The position numbers and the translations under genes are program-made. A stretch of 63,928 nucleotides of DNA, filler included, from Octopus bimaculoides (taxonomy: Eukaryota), in NCBI RefSeq assembly GCF_001194135.2. It is 5 parts of 5 records of this genome, joined end to end, with 100 filler letters (N's around TTAATTAATTAA, not from the genome) between each part and the next. Parts side by side here need not be neighbours in the genome. Positions count along the whole stretch, not along the records: positions 31,813 to 54,254 come from NC_068983.1; 4 more parts are not named here. One strand, given 5' to 3'. The stretch's first letter is position 1. Each line of letters begins with the position of its first letter. Of the stretch, positions 42,201-53,519 are shown piece by piece. The notes beneath the pieces were generated by a model. That model was not told the origin of the DNA, did no database searches, and saw nothing but the letters and a program-made list of their open reading frames with translations.

Positions 42201-42906
42201 GTTGTTCTGGGATTTGATCTGATCTTGACAGAAATTCTTCTGGCTCCAGTGGGTGTTTCAACTTGTTGATCTGCTTCTTTGTATGCTTGAGTTGCTTTTC
42301 CTGCTTTATTTTGGACAGAAATTGTCCCTTCCTCATCTTGTATAAAAAATACTGAATGTCCTCACGCACCACCAGCCAGACGAGCTTTTAATCCACACCT
42401 TTCTCCTGTGCAATGACATGCATTGGCTTGTTGGGATTGGTATTTTGATGGCATCAGATCGTTGATCATGGGTTTTCTTCTCTGCTGTTATTTTCTAGTT
42501 GAATCCTGAATCCTCCAGTTCCTTTCTTGCCTTTTCCACCATTCTTCTGCTGATGTTGAGGAAGTCTGAAATCTCCATGTTTGTCCTTCTAGTATGGATT
42601 CCAAGACAGACTCCATGCCTGTTCCACATATTGGAAGAGGGTGGGGTTCAAAATTTTCCATAGTCAATTATTCTGCAAAAAAAAATAAAGCAAAAATGGT
42701 TATTGTTTTTAAGAAAATGACTGACAACAAAGTAAAAAAAAAAATATGTGTAAAATTAGCAGTTGAAAATTGCAAATGAATACTGTCTGCACCCTGTATG
42801 TACTCAAATGTATAATAACATTTATGTATAAATTGATATCTTTTCAGATGAAATTACTGAAGTTGTCCAAAAAATATTGTTGATTGCTCCAATTCATGCG
42901 GAATAA
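33083..42906 (+). CDS. SLC7A9: SLC7 family amino-acid transporter light chain (b(0,+)AT/LAT-like); 3' six coding exons only, about 233 aa of the C-terminal half
   Basis: Six AG/GT-bounded exons with compatible phases (2-0, 0-2, 2-0, 0-0, 0-1, 1-stop) splice into one open frame containing SLC7 motifs [25 protein letters not shown] and PRIEFLYA. Family call is strong; the SLC7A9 orthology is by resemblance only. Confidence 0.9.
33487..34065 (-). mobile_element. RTE-type 3' tail element ending in (TGA)n, with internal ~66-bp subrepeats; related piece at 39105-39330
   Basis: catcatc..ttccatgctagcatggg.. motif shared with the 39105 copy. Confidence 0.6.
35139..35242 (+). CDS. SLC7A9: SLC7 exon B: [34 protein letters not shown](R)
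   Basis: Acceptor ttttcttcag, donor gtaaag; 104 nt. Confidence 0.93.
35350..35750 (-). mobile_element. SINE family B copy, CpG-decayed, in SLC7 intron
   Basis: Colinear with the 18595 copy; most CG sites read TG or CA. Confidence 0.8.
36390..36550 (+). mobile_element. Jockey/I-type RT C-terminal remnant
   Basis: [35 protein letters not shown] resembles the LYK.YIR.ILDYA.PAW motif. Confidence 0.55.
37734..37830 (+). CDS. SLC7A9: SLC7 exon C: [32 protein letters not shown]
   Basis: Acceptor ttattttcag, donor gtatgt; 97 nt. Confidence 0.92.
39632..39781 (+). CDS. SLC7A9: SLC7 exon D: [50 protein letters not shown]
   Basis: Acceptor tatttttcag, donor gtaagt; 150 nt. Confidence 0.93.
40104..40472 (-). 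mobile_element. SINE family B copy, CpG-decayed, in SLC7 intron
   Basis: Colinear with the 18595 copy. Confidence 0.8.
40616..40784 (+). CDS. SLC7A9: SLC7 exon E: [56 protein letters not shown]
   Basis: Acceptor tttctttctag, donor gtaagt; 169 nt. Confidence 0.93.
41764..42796 (-). mobile_element. Decayed Tc1/mariner DDxD-type (maT-like) transposon in the last SLC7 intron
   Basis: [29 protein letters not shown] and [12 protein letters not shown]; TA-CAGG at both ends. Confidence 0.75.
42848..42906 (+). CDS. SLC7A9: SLC7 terminal coding exon: (N)[18 protein letters not shown]
   Basis: Acceptor atcttttcag; phase matches exon E; TAA at 42904-42906; resembles the short C-terminal tail of SLC7 light chains. 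Confidence 0.8.
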
Positions 42907-44226
42907 GTCGAAGACAATAAATGACAGGACTTTGATCTCCACGGAATATCATATCAACTTCACAGTTCTTTAACAGCTTATATATGTGTGTGTGTGTGTG
43001 TGTGTTATACATATCTTTATATTTATATACACTTGAAGGATGCTCATATCTGAAAGATTTTGATTATTTTAATGATACCTTTTCCTAAAATTGTCATTTT
43101 TTAAAAAAAATAATGTATTGTAAGATGAATGGCTTACTTGATTACCTCTGGGTCTTTGAAAAATTCCATATAATTGAACATATTGTTGATTACCTCAAAA
43201 AAAGCATTCATTTTCGAATTGGCTATTAAAGCTATGTATTGACTATATACAGGGGACTATAGTAGTCCCCGCATTTTTGTAAATGTTGAATGAATGTAGT
43301 TGTGATCATTTCTGTGTTGCAAATATTGACAGTTGTAAAGGCAAAAGAACTGAATTTGTATTCATAAAGATAATCACTTCTGACTCTCATGCACAATATA
43401 TATANNNNNNNNNNNNNNNNNNNNNNNNNNNNNNNNNNNNNNNNNNNNNNNNNNNNNNNNNNNNNNNNNNNNNNNNNNNNNNNNNNNNNNNNNNNNNNNN
43501 NNNNNNNNNNNNNNNNNNNNNNNNNNNNNNNNNNNNNNNNNNNNNNNNNNNNNNNNNNNNNNNNNNNNNNNNNNNNNNNNNNNNNNNNNNNNNNNNNNNN
43601 NNNNNNNNNNNNNNNNNNNNNNNNNNNNNNNNNNNNNNNNNNNNNNNNNNNNNNNNNNNNNNNNNNNNNNNNNNNNNNNNNNNNNNNNNNNNNNNNNNNN
43701 NNNNNNNNNNNNNNNNNNNNNNNNNNNNNNNNNNNNNNNNNNNNNNNNNNNNNNNNNNNNNNNNNNNNNNNNNNNNNNNNNNNNNNNNNNNNNNNNNNNN
43801 NNNNNNNNNNNNNNNNNNNNNNNNNNNNNNNNNNNNNNNNNNNNNNNNNNNNNNNNNNNNNNNNNNNNNNNNNNNNNNNNNNNNNNNNNNNNNNNNNNNN
43901 NNNNNNNNNNNNNNNNNNNNNNNNNNNNNNNNNNNNNNNNNNNNNNNNNNNNNNNNNNNNNNNNNNNNNNNNNNNNNNNNNNNNNNNNNNNNNNNNNNNN
44001 NNNNNNNNNNNNNNNNNNNNNNNNNNNNNNNNNNNNNNNNNNNNNNNNNNNNNNNNNNNNNNNNNNNNNNNNNNNNNNNNNNNNNNNNNNNNNNNNNNNN
44101 NNNNNNNNNNNNNNNNNNNNNNNNNNNNNNNNNNNNNNNNNNNNNNNNNNNNNNNNNNNNNNNNNNNNNNNNNNNNNNNNNNNNNNNNNNNNNNNNNNNN
44201 NNNNNNNNNNNNNNNNNNNNNNNNNN

Positions 44227-44276
<50 letters not shown>

Positions 44277-44982
44277 AACGATGATATCTGAAAAAGAAGC
44301 ACTCTCTTAAGTATAGAGCAGTAATGTATATGCGTAGTTAGATCTATGACTGGACATAGACATAACTACATATATATATATATGTGTGTGTGTGAGTGTG
44401 TGTGTGTGTTAATGAGTATGCACATGTATATGTGTATGTATATATGTGTATACGTATGTATGAATATACATTTGTGTGTGTGTGTGTATAAATGTATATA
44501 TATATATATTATATCATATCATACAGTATAATACTGTATAATACTCAAGATTTCAACCATAACACAGTATTTTCACTATAGAAAATATGTTGGCTGATTA
44601 CTTTGTGTGCTGCCAAAAATATGTATCATTAAAAAAAATTAGAAGGAAATTAATTTCTGGATTTTGGATAGGGCACTAAATTGTAACGATGAAGAAAATG
44701 TATCAGATATTCACTGTTGAAATGCTTCTCAAAGGGATGGGAATTTCAAATAACAGACAGCATAATGTCCAAGATTTTAAACATTTTAAATAACAGCTAA
44801 TCTGTGTTTCAGACAGAAAATTTATAAAAGCAAAGTAATTCAAAATATTAAATTTTGTGATCATAATTGTAACAGTAATTCCTGGAGCATTGTTTCTTTG
44901 TCATTTTTCTATTAATGCATATTTTGGCATGTCAGAGAGATCAACCAACTTATTTGTTTGAAAATTTGTTTTGGAGATAAAG

Positions 44983-45016
<34 letters not shown>

Positions 45017-45856
45017 ATGAGATGATAAAGGAAGGTAATGGTTTTGTTATGATTCATTAGTGTACACCTGTTTCTGCTATTAGGTGCAGTGGATTCATAG
45101 TTGAGTGCCTGAATAACATACTATAGCTTCATCAAAGTCTAGAATATGAAGTGCAATTTATTTGGGNNNNNNNNNNNNNNNNNNNNNNNNNNNNNNNNNN
45201 NNNNNNNNNNNNNNNNNNNNNNNNNNNNNNNNNNNNNNNNNNNNNNNNNNNNNNNNNNNNNNNNNNNNNNNNNNNNNNNNNNNNNNNNNNNNNNNNNNNN
45301 NNNNNNNNNNNNNNNNNNNNNNNNNNNNNNNNNNNNNNNNNNNNNNNNNNNNNNNNNNNNNNNNNNNNNNNNNNNNNNNNNNNNNNNNNNNNNNNNNNNN
45401 NNNNNNNNNNNNNNNNNNNNNNNNNNNNNNNNNNNNNNNNNNNNNNNNNNNNNNNNNNNNNNNNNNNNNNNNNNNNNNNNNNNNNNNNNNNNNNNNNNNN
45501 NNNNNNNNNNNNNNNNNNNNNNNNNNNNNNNNNNNNNNNNNNNNNNNNNNNNNNNNNNNNNNNNNNNNNNNNNNNNNNNNNNNNNNNNNNNNNNNNNNNN
45601 NNNNNNNNNNNNNNNNNNNNNNNNNNNNNNNNNNNNNNNNNNNNNNNNNNNNNNNNNNNNNNNNNNNNNNNNNNNNNNNNNNNNNNNNNNNNNNNNNNNN
45701 NNNNNNNNNNNNNNNNNNNNNNNNNNNNNNNNNNNNNNNNNNNNNNNNNNNNNNNNNNNNNNNNNNNNNNNNNNNNNNNNNNNNNNNNNNNNNNNNNNNN
45801 NNNNNNNNNNNNNNNNNNNNNNNNNNNNNNNNTATATATATATATATATATGTATA

Positions 45857-47105
45857 CAGGGGTTTGACAAAATAATTGGAGCATATGATAAATTCAATGA
45901 ATATTCATTTAATATGGAGTTGGTCCTCCTTTAGCTTCCTGAATAGCTTCGATGCATCTAGGAATTGATTCATGCAGTTTCCTGACTTCATTGAGAGGAA
46001 ACTTTAGCTATTCTTCCAGTAAAACCTGCTCCAGCTGTTGCAGACACGACGGTGGAGGGTAACGACTTCTAACTTCTCACTCCAAGATGTACCACAGATG
46101 CTCAATAATATTAAGATCTGGAGATTGAGGGGGGCCATTCCATGTGTTGTAACTCACTACTATCCTCTACATACCAATTCTTAACCACATGAGAGGTATG
46201 TATTGGAGCATTGTCAGCTTGGAATGATGTCTAAACCATGGGAAGGACTTAATTTCCCAAAATATTCAGATAATCATTGCTGTTGATCCTATGATGCAGG
46301 GCAACGATTGGACCAAGAGAATACCAAGAAATGGCTGCTCAAACCATCACAGACCCTCCTCCATGCTTCACTGTAAGAAGAAAGCAGTCAGGATTAAAAG
46401 CTTCCCTGGGCTGCCTTCACACATAAACTCACCCTGCAATGGGGAAAAGAGGAACACTGGTCTTGTCGGAGAATATTACTTGCTTCTATTAGTCTGTCGA
46501 CCAACCCTTGTGATCTCTACACCAGTTCAGCCTTTTCTGAATGTTTTGATGAGAAAGCAGAGGTTTCCTGATGGTGGCTCTTCCATAATATCCAACTTTA
46601 TTGAACTCATGGTGAACAGTTTGGGTTGAAACTGGGCTAGTCAGATGTTGATTCAACTCTGTAGTCACTTTAGGGGCAGTTGTCTGGTGATTTTTTATCA
46701 CAATGCGATTCAACACTCATCAGTCTCTTTCAGTGAGTTTTGAAGTCCTGCCAGACTTACTCCTCCTGATGGAGGTTTTGCCCTGCTTCTCAAATTCAGT
46801 TATGGTCTTTGATATGGTAGCTCTTGAAAAAACAAGGAGTTCAGCTGTTCTGGTGACGAAAACTCCTGCCATTCGAGCTCCAACAATTTTCCCTTTTTCA
46901 AACTCAGTGAGGTCACACATCTTAGCTTAATTTATTCTATGATCTGAAAAAGAAATAGAAATAATCTTTAATTTAGATAAATAAAACCATCTACAATACA
47001 AAAAAAAAACACTCAATGGAATTTGGATGGATATTTGTAATATAATGGCTCATTGAAATATTGGAGTTAAATTTCTACTGTTTCAATTATTTTGTCCAAC
47101 CCCTG
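45857..47105 (-). mobile_element. Tc1-family (DD34E-type) transposon; full length but decayed
   Basis: TIRs CAGGGGTTTGACAAAATAATTG / CAGGGGTTGGACAAAATAATTG; peptides MCDLTEFEKGKIVGARMAG, GRATIRKPLL, FQADNAPIH and SPDLNIIEHLW. Confidence 0.9.
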
Positions 47106-47159
47106 TGTATGCATGTATAAATATGTATATATGTGTATATGTAAATATATATATACAGT

Positions 47160-47550
47160 GATATGGCTGTATGGTTAAAAAGCTTGCTTTCTTTGCAACC
47201 ACATGGTTTTGTGATCAGTCTCACTGCATACCACCTTAGGAAAGTATTTTCTACTTTTGCCTTGGATGGACCAATGCCTTGTGAACGAATTTGGAAGCTG
47301 TGTGGTAGCCTGTCATATATATCTGAGTGTCTTTGTGTCTGTATTTGTAACTCCTCCATTACTTGACAACAGGTGTTGACTTTTTTTTTAATATTCCTGT
47401 AACTTGGTGGTTTGTCAAAACAGGTCAATAGACTAAGTACCAGATTAAAAAATATGTACTGGGGTCAGTCTGTTCAACTAAAACCATTCAAGGCTGTGTC
47501 TCAGCATGGCCTCGGTCCAATGACTAAAATAAGTAAACATTGAAAGACAT
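47160..47550 (+). mobile_element. SINE family B copy, CpG-decayed. Further partial copies lie at 2852-3110, 27161-27580, 28740-28945 and 62174-62420.
   Basis: Shared head and tail motifs. Confidence 0.7.
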
Positions 47551-47814
47551 GTTTTGTGTGTCAAGAAGGTTTTTCTATGACTTTTAACATTTTACTACAT
47601 TTTGTGATTGTTCAATTTTGTGTTGTTTTATTTTGGATATTTTTATTCTCAGAACTTTGAAATATGTTTCTTGTTGAAATGGTTCTTTGCTATCATCTTA
47701 AATCAATGAAAAATGAAAATGGTTTATGTAATTTAGGGGCCTTATTTAAAGATACATGCATTATGTAAATAATCATAGCAAAAATTACAAATGAAGGTTA
47801 GGATTTGATTGGTG

Positions 47815-47862
<48 letters not shown>

Positions 47863-48433
47863 TGAAGAATATGAAATTAATGTATATACTTCTTATAAAC
47901 ATTTTCCTTATCTTAATATATTTTCTTAATGTAAACATCCATCATGAATATACTTAACATTTAAGAAAAGCAATAAAATGACTGATGTTTAAATATGTAA
48001 TGTTACAATGAAATTCATTATGATGTGAGTTGGTAATAAAAGAATGGCTGACTCAGTAACCTGCGTACCAACTACCAGGAACAAATGTTGATATGTTTGG
48101 ATTGCAAGTCAACATGTCGTGGTAGTATTGATCATCTTGTTTGGACTATCTTTTTATATCCCTTCCCCTAATTATTTTGTACTCTAATGACTTGTCTTTT
48201 TGTGTGTTGCAACCTCATCATCCGAGAATCCATTTTTACTTTTGATTTGTTAATATCTGCAACAAATTTAACTGAATTTGCCCTAGAGAATTGTAAACTG
48301 TCATCTGAAGTGTCATCGTTGTATCTATTTTATCATTCACATTTCTCTGTTTTATATTTAAGAGATGAGGAATTATGTACATTATTTACATTATTTACAT
48401 TTGATGGATATTTGTCCCATCTGGTTTGTTGTT

Positions 48434-48479
48434 AACACAACGTTTCGGCTGATATACCCTCCAGCCTTCATCAGGTGTC
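48434..48479 (-). ncRNA. Minimal type-I hammerhead ribozyme motif (Penelope-like pLTR type)
   Basis: GACAC-CUGAUGA-A-GGCUG-loop-CAGCC-GAAAC-GUU-GUGUU. Stems I and II pair, stem III is the palindromic ACGU, and there is one extra A after A9. Confidence 0.65.
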
Positions 48480-48505
48480 TTGGGAAAATTTTGAAATTTC
48501 CCCAA

Positions 48506-48551
48506 GACACCTGACGAAGGCTGGAGAGTATATCTGCCAAAACGATGTGTT
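48506..48551 (+). ncRNA. Degenerate second hammerhead copy (GAAA mutated to AAAA)
   Basis: Inverted copy of 48434-48479 with CUGACGA, a stem II mismatch, G12A and GAU at the cleavage triplet. Confidence 0.5.
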
Positions 48552-49298
48552 AACAATAAACAAGATGAGGACAAATATCCGTCAAATGTAAATAATATTC
48601 ACATTTCTCTGTCAAATGTAATACATATTTATTCACATTAAATTAATTATGCATTATCTTGTAGCCTCAAAATTTCAAAGTTATGATTATTTTTAGATTG
48701 AAATTGTAGGGTAGATGTAAGAGGCTGGATCTGGGTGGTTTGAACATAAAACAGGTTGAATATTTGAGCCAGTTTAAATGCTAAAGGGTCAGAATCTTAT
48801 TTTTGCAGTTTTGATTGATTCATTGAATATTTGGATCAAATACCAGAGCTCAGCTGCATGTTGCATGTAGTTATTAACTGAGCTACATATGTATCTCAAA
48901 AAAAAAAAAAAATAACCCAGTTAAATCTACAATATCTGAAGCTGATAATTAAGTTTTTTTTAGATAAAATTAATTTTATATCCTATTTTGTTTACTTACT
49001 TGAATTAGTGGACTATGTACTAATCAACTCAGTTTAATGAGCTTAATGCATTCTAGGAGGAGAGATACAATTGGCTGAGTTACTAAAGTGTGTTAGTCCA
49101 CAAGATGGTGTCGGTGTTTTGTACATTATCACTGGTGCTGTTTTATATCTATAACCAAGACATTTCAACCCTGCTGGTTCCCTTGAATGAAAATAGGTAC
49201 CATGCAAAAATACAGCTTGCCTCCAAGGCAATGGGAACACTGTAAATTGACAAATGTTTTGTAGTGCTGAGTTCACAACCTTATGTATATCTATTTAA

Positions 49299-49515
49299 TC
49301 ATTTAGCATCTAGATTATTTAGTCAAATATAATGCTTATTTGTACACATTGTTTAGAATTAATTATGCATTATCTCATAGCATTGAGACTTCAATGATGT
49401 GCTTGTCTTTAGAATAACTTTGTAAGGTAAGTATAAGAGGCCAGATCAGGCTGGTTTGAAGATAAAACAGGTAGAGTATTTGGGGCCAGATATAGATGGT
49501 TTAAAAGCTAAAGGG
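49299..49515. mobile_element. TTAA-flanked (piggyBac-type) MITE; a second, interrupted copy at about 48325-48788
   Basis: TTAA at 49295-49298 and 49516-49519; imperfect TIR TCATTTAGC / GCTAAAGGG; internal similarity between the two copies. Confidence 0.6.
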
Positions 49516-50318
49516 TTAAAGTGGGGATGGGTTCTGCCAGGTTGACTACAAGATCAAATTTTAAAGTCTTCTAATGTTCTAGTGATTCATGGGGCTCATA
49601 AAGTTATTAAAATATAAAATGTACTTCTGAATATCAGACTATTAAATCTAAATACAATAATAGATTAAACAAAGCTAATCATGTTAGTTCCTTTATCCAT
49701 TTAAGCTTGTTGTTTCATATTTCTGTTACATCTCTGAAACGTTTTAAACTCGCTCTGTTGATACATTGCAAAGAGACAATTTTTTAATTCAGTCATGGAT
49801 AAGCTGCCCATGGGCCACATGCGGCTCATGAGACATTTTGAATGGCATGCCAAACTTTGATTGTTTTTTAGTGCAGCTTGCCTACTGAGCCATGTCTCAG
49901 GTGACCCACATCTCAGAAAATGTTAACCATTCTTGTTTAAGTTGCTTATCTGAAAATTTGACAGTTTTTATAAATTCTCAGAGTGTGAATTTATTTTTTT
50001 ATTTCAAATGTCTTGCATTTATGTAAAGCTAATTTCAAAGCTAGAAGGCTTTTCATTTTTTAATTTACATTTAGGTTTTATTTTTATTTTTCTCACAAAA
50101 GTACCAAAATATGACTAAATTATTTTTACAGTAAGTCCCATTCTATTCTAAAGTTATCTTTTGATGTTAACTATTATTCTCTAGAACTACTCAATAAGAA
50201 ACTTTTTTAAAATAAAATATTTTTTGATGAAGTATTATTGTTTGTTGATTTCTGTGTTAGTTTTTCTCTGCTTGCATAGATAGATTGAATGAACGAATGT
50301 GTGTATGTACGTGTGTGA

Positions 50319-50360
<42 letters not shown>

Positions 50361-50362
<2 letters not shown>

Positions 50363-51900
50363 TTGTCAACTTGTCCAGCATTGAAAATACTACAGCATGG
50401 GAAGATTTTCGGGACCAGGTTCTTCAATGTGCTGCTGAAACACTGGGATATACTACTGCCAGACACAGAGACTGGTTTGATGAAAATGATGCTGAAGTTG
50501 GGTAACTATTGGCTGTGAAGCACCATGCCCACAATGTATTGTTGCACAGAGGGCTTTCAGCTGTCCAGTGAAGTCTAGCACATGCCCACTATAGCAGTGT
50601 AAAATCACTACTGCAGCGATCTGTCAGGAAGATGCAGAATACTTGGTGGGAGGATCTCGCTTGTGATGTTCAGGCTGCTGCTGCTGATGCAAATGACAGC
50701 AAGAAGCTTTACCATCTTACAAAGCAAGTTTATGGGCCTAAGAGCTCCACATCAGCGCCTTTGCTTTCCAAAGAGTCTTCTACTCTATTAACTAAATCAA
50801 CAGAAATCACAGGTCGCTGGATTGAATACTTCTCTGAACTCCTAAACCACAAGTCAGTTGTGGATGAAACAATGATTGATACTATGCAACAAAGACCTAT
50901 CATTGGTTCCTTAGACTCCTTGCCCTCAATAGATGAGTTAATGACATCAATAAATAAATTGAATCTTGGTAAGGCACATGCAAAGGATGAAATTTGTGCT
51001 GAAGTCTTGCGATTTGGTGATGATTACATCATAAAGTCTGTTTATGGACTTATTAGTTCAGTCTGGAGGGATGGTGCAATGCCTAAGGACTGGAAGGATG
51101 CAATTATTCTTCCTCTCTATGAAGGAAAAGGAGCCAGAACAATGTGTGATAACTACTGAGGTATTGCTCTACTATCAGCTACTGGCAAGATTCTGGCAAA
51201 TCTTCTTCTTACCCGCCTGAATGGGTGTCTTGTAAATGATGTCCAATCTGAATCTCAATGTGGCTTCCAATCTGGTAGAGCGACAATGGATATGATCTTC
51301 ACAGCAAGACATGCAGAAGTGCTATGATCAGAATATGGATCTTGCTCAGGTTTTCATTGATTTAATGAAGGCCTTTGATACTGTGAATAGGTCCTTGCTA
51401 TGGAAAATGCTTGGCAAACTTGGATGTCTGGATCACTTTGTGTCTATAATTAAATCATTTCATGATGGGATGGAGGCTTGGGTCAATGTTGGTCGTGGCA
51501 TGGCAGGACTCATTCCTGTAGAGAATGGTGTCAAGCGAATGACATCCTTGCCCCAACTCTCTTTTCTTTGCACTTTGCTGCTGCTTTTACTCATGATTTT
51601 GCTAAGGTTAACTCTCTGGGAATATATGTCAGGTATTGATTATCTGGCTGCCTCTTTAATCTGCGCTGATTTGCTGCCAATTCAACAGTTTTTCAGTCTC
51701 TTATTCGTGACCTCCTTTATGCAGATGACTGACTTAGTCACTCATCCAGTAGATGACATGCAAATACTTATGAATCGTATTTCTGCTTCTTGTAAGGCAT
51801 TTGGACTCAGCATTAGTCTGAACATGACTGTTCCAGCCTGCACCAGGAAATCCATATGTGAAGCCAGCTATCTTGGTTGAAGTAACAATTCTGAAAATGG
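50361..51900 (+). mobile_element. RTE/BovB-like LINE ORF2 remnant (linker plus RT)
   Basis: RHRDWFDENDAEV, PKDWKDAIILPLYEGKG, QCGF, FIDLMKAFDTVNR and LLYADD, with stops and frameshifts. Confidence 0.9.
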
Positions 51901-52521
51901 TGGAAAATGGTAGACCCGAATTGATAAGGTTGAGAAACGCTGTTATAGATTATGCCTAACCGAAAACGATCACAGCCACATCGTTCAAACAGGCTGGGTG
52001 AAACCGGGTTTAGATGCTAGTACATATATATAATGTATGCACACACACACATATATACACGCACATGAACATTCATAAACTGTTTTGAACAATGGTGTAG
52101 TTATTATTCCTTAGGGAATATATATCAAATATAAGATAAGGACTCTCTCCTTTCCTGCTCATTGAAATTCAATTTTCTATCAAAGGAAATATCTTTAACA
52201 ATATCCTAATTCATACCAGCTGTTCTTCATCTATCCAATGTCATCAATAATAGCTCAGAGATTTTTGCATGTTTTAGACACTACTATTTTTATCTTAATT
52301 AGCAAACAATTTCACATATAATAAAATGCAATATGTTTTACACCCCGGTGATGCTGGTAGATGGAAACTAAAACAACAAATGGAGTGGGAGTGAGTGACA
52401 GTTAGAGACTAAATGCAGGTGAACTGTAGTGAGAATTTTTGTCCTGAAGTCACTGGTATTTCAATCAAAATGAAATTTTTACCATGAATTATATTTAATT
52501 TATCAATAAACACACACACAC

Positions 52522-52557
<36 letters not shown>

Positions 52558-52864
52558 NNNNNNNNNNNNNNNNNNNNNNNNNNNNNNNNNNNNNNNNNNN
52601 NNNNNNNNNNNNNNNNNNNNNNNNNNNNNNNNNNNNNNNNNNNNNNNNNNNNNNNNNNNNNNNNNNNNNNNNNNNNNNNNNNNNNNNNNNNNNNNNNNNN
52701 NNNNNNNNNNNNNNNNNNNNNNNNNNNNNNNNNNNNNNNNNNNNNNNNNNNNNNNNNNNNNNNNNNNNNNNNNNNNNNNNNNNNNNNNNNNNNNNNNNNN
52801 NNNNNNNNNNNNNNNNNNTATATGTATGTATATATATATATATATATATATAAAAGGTTTGTTT

Positions 52865-53095
52865 TACGGAAGGCTAGCAGTCGGCCATGCATACCAGCCT
52901 CCCCTCTTCACGCCACCGATGTTATCCAAGGGAAAGGCAAAGATCAATACAGCTTGTCACCAGTGACATCGCAACTCATTTCTTCAGCTGAGTGAACTGG
53001 AGCAACGTGAAATAAAGTGTCTTACTCAAGAACGCAACACACAGCCCGGTCCGGAAATCGAACTCACTATCTCATGATTGTAGGCCCGACGCCAT
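52865..53095 (-). mobile_element. SINE family E (CORE-like cttgagtaagacactttatttcacgttgctcc). Related copies at 28385-28503, 32085-32160, 41210-41530 and 56850-57130.
   Basis: Recurring gagcaacgtgaaataaagtg..ctcaagaacacaac..gaatcgaac motif. Confidence 0.7.
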
Positions 53096-53519
53096 TTCAA
53101 ACTATTTTCTTCTCAAAATACCGTTCGCGTAAAATTTATAAATTACATATGTACATATTCTTTCCTTATTTTTCTTTCTTTCGTGTTCGTCCATTTTCCC
53201 ATGCTTGCCTGTCCTGATACTAACCTTTATTTCTTTTTCCAAGTAAATGATAACTTATTTCACACGTCTTCGAAACGGGAAGTTGTTGAAACGAAGTTGT
53301 CGACAATACTTATTTCAGCAATCTTTCTAAGAAATGTATATGTAAGTATGCGTGTATATGTTAGTATCACTGTACATACATACATATACTCAGGCCTATT
53401 CCCCATTTTTTTAGAAGGTGGTAGCCATTTGTTTTCTCTTTTTTTTTTTTATTTCTCTCACCGTTTACCAACTACACACAACATACTCATACCCCTAAAA
53501 TTTCCACACTCACATTTAT

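Larger units (their letters stand above)
48351..48596. mobile_element. Palindromic retro-insertion (two inverted copies of a Penelope-like 3' tail) with 16-bp TSD
   Basis: Arms 48390-48491 and 48493-48596 are about 90% complementary; direct repeat ATTCACATTTCTCTGT at 48335-48350 and 48597-48612. Confidence 0.8.

Noticed and set aside
49043-49276. Short ORFs on both strands within the CpG-poor domain
   Set aside because: Weak splice signals and no recognisable homology
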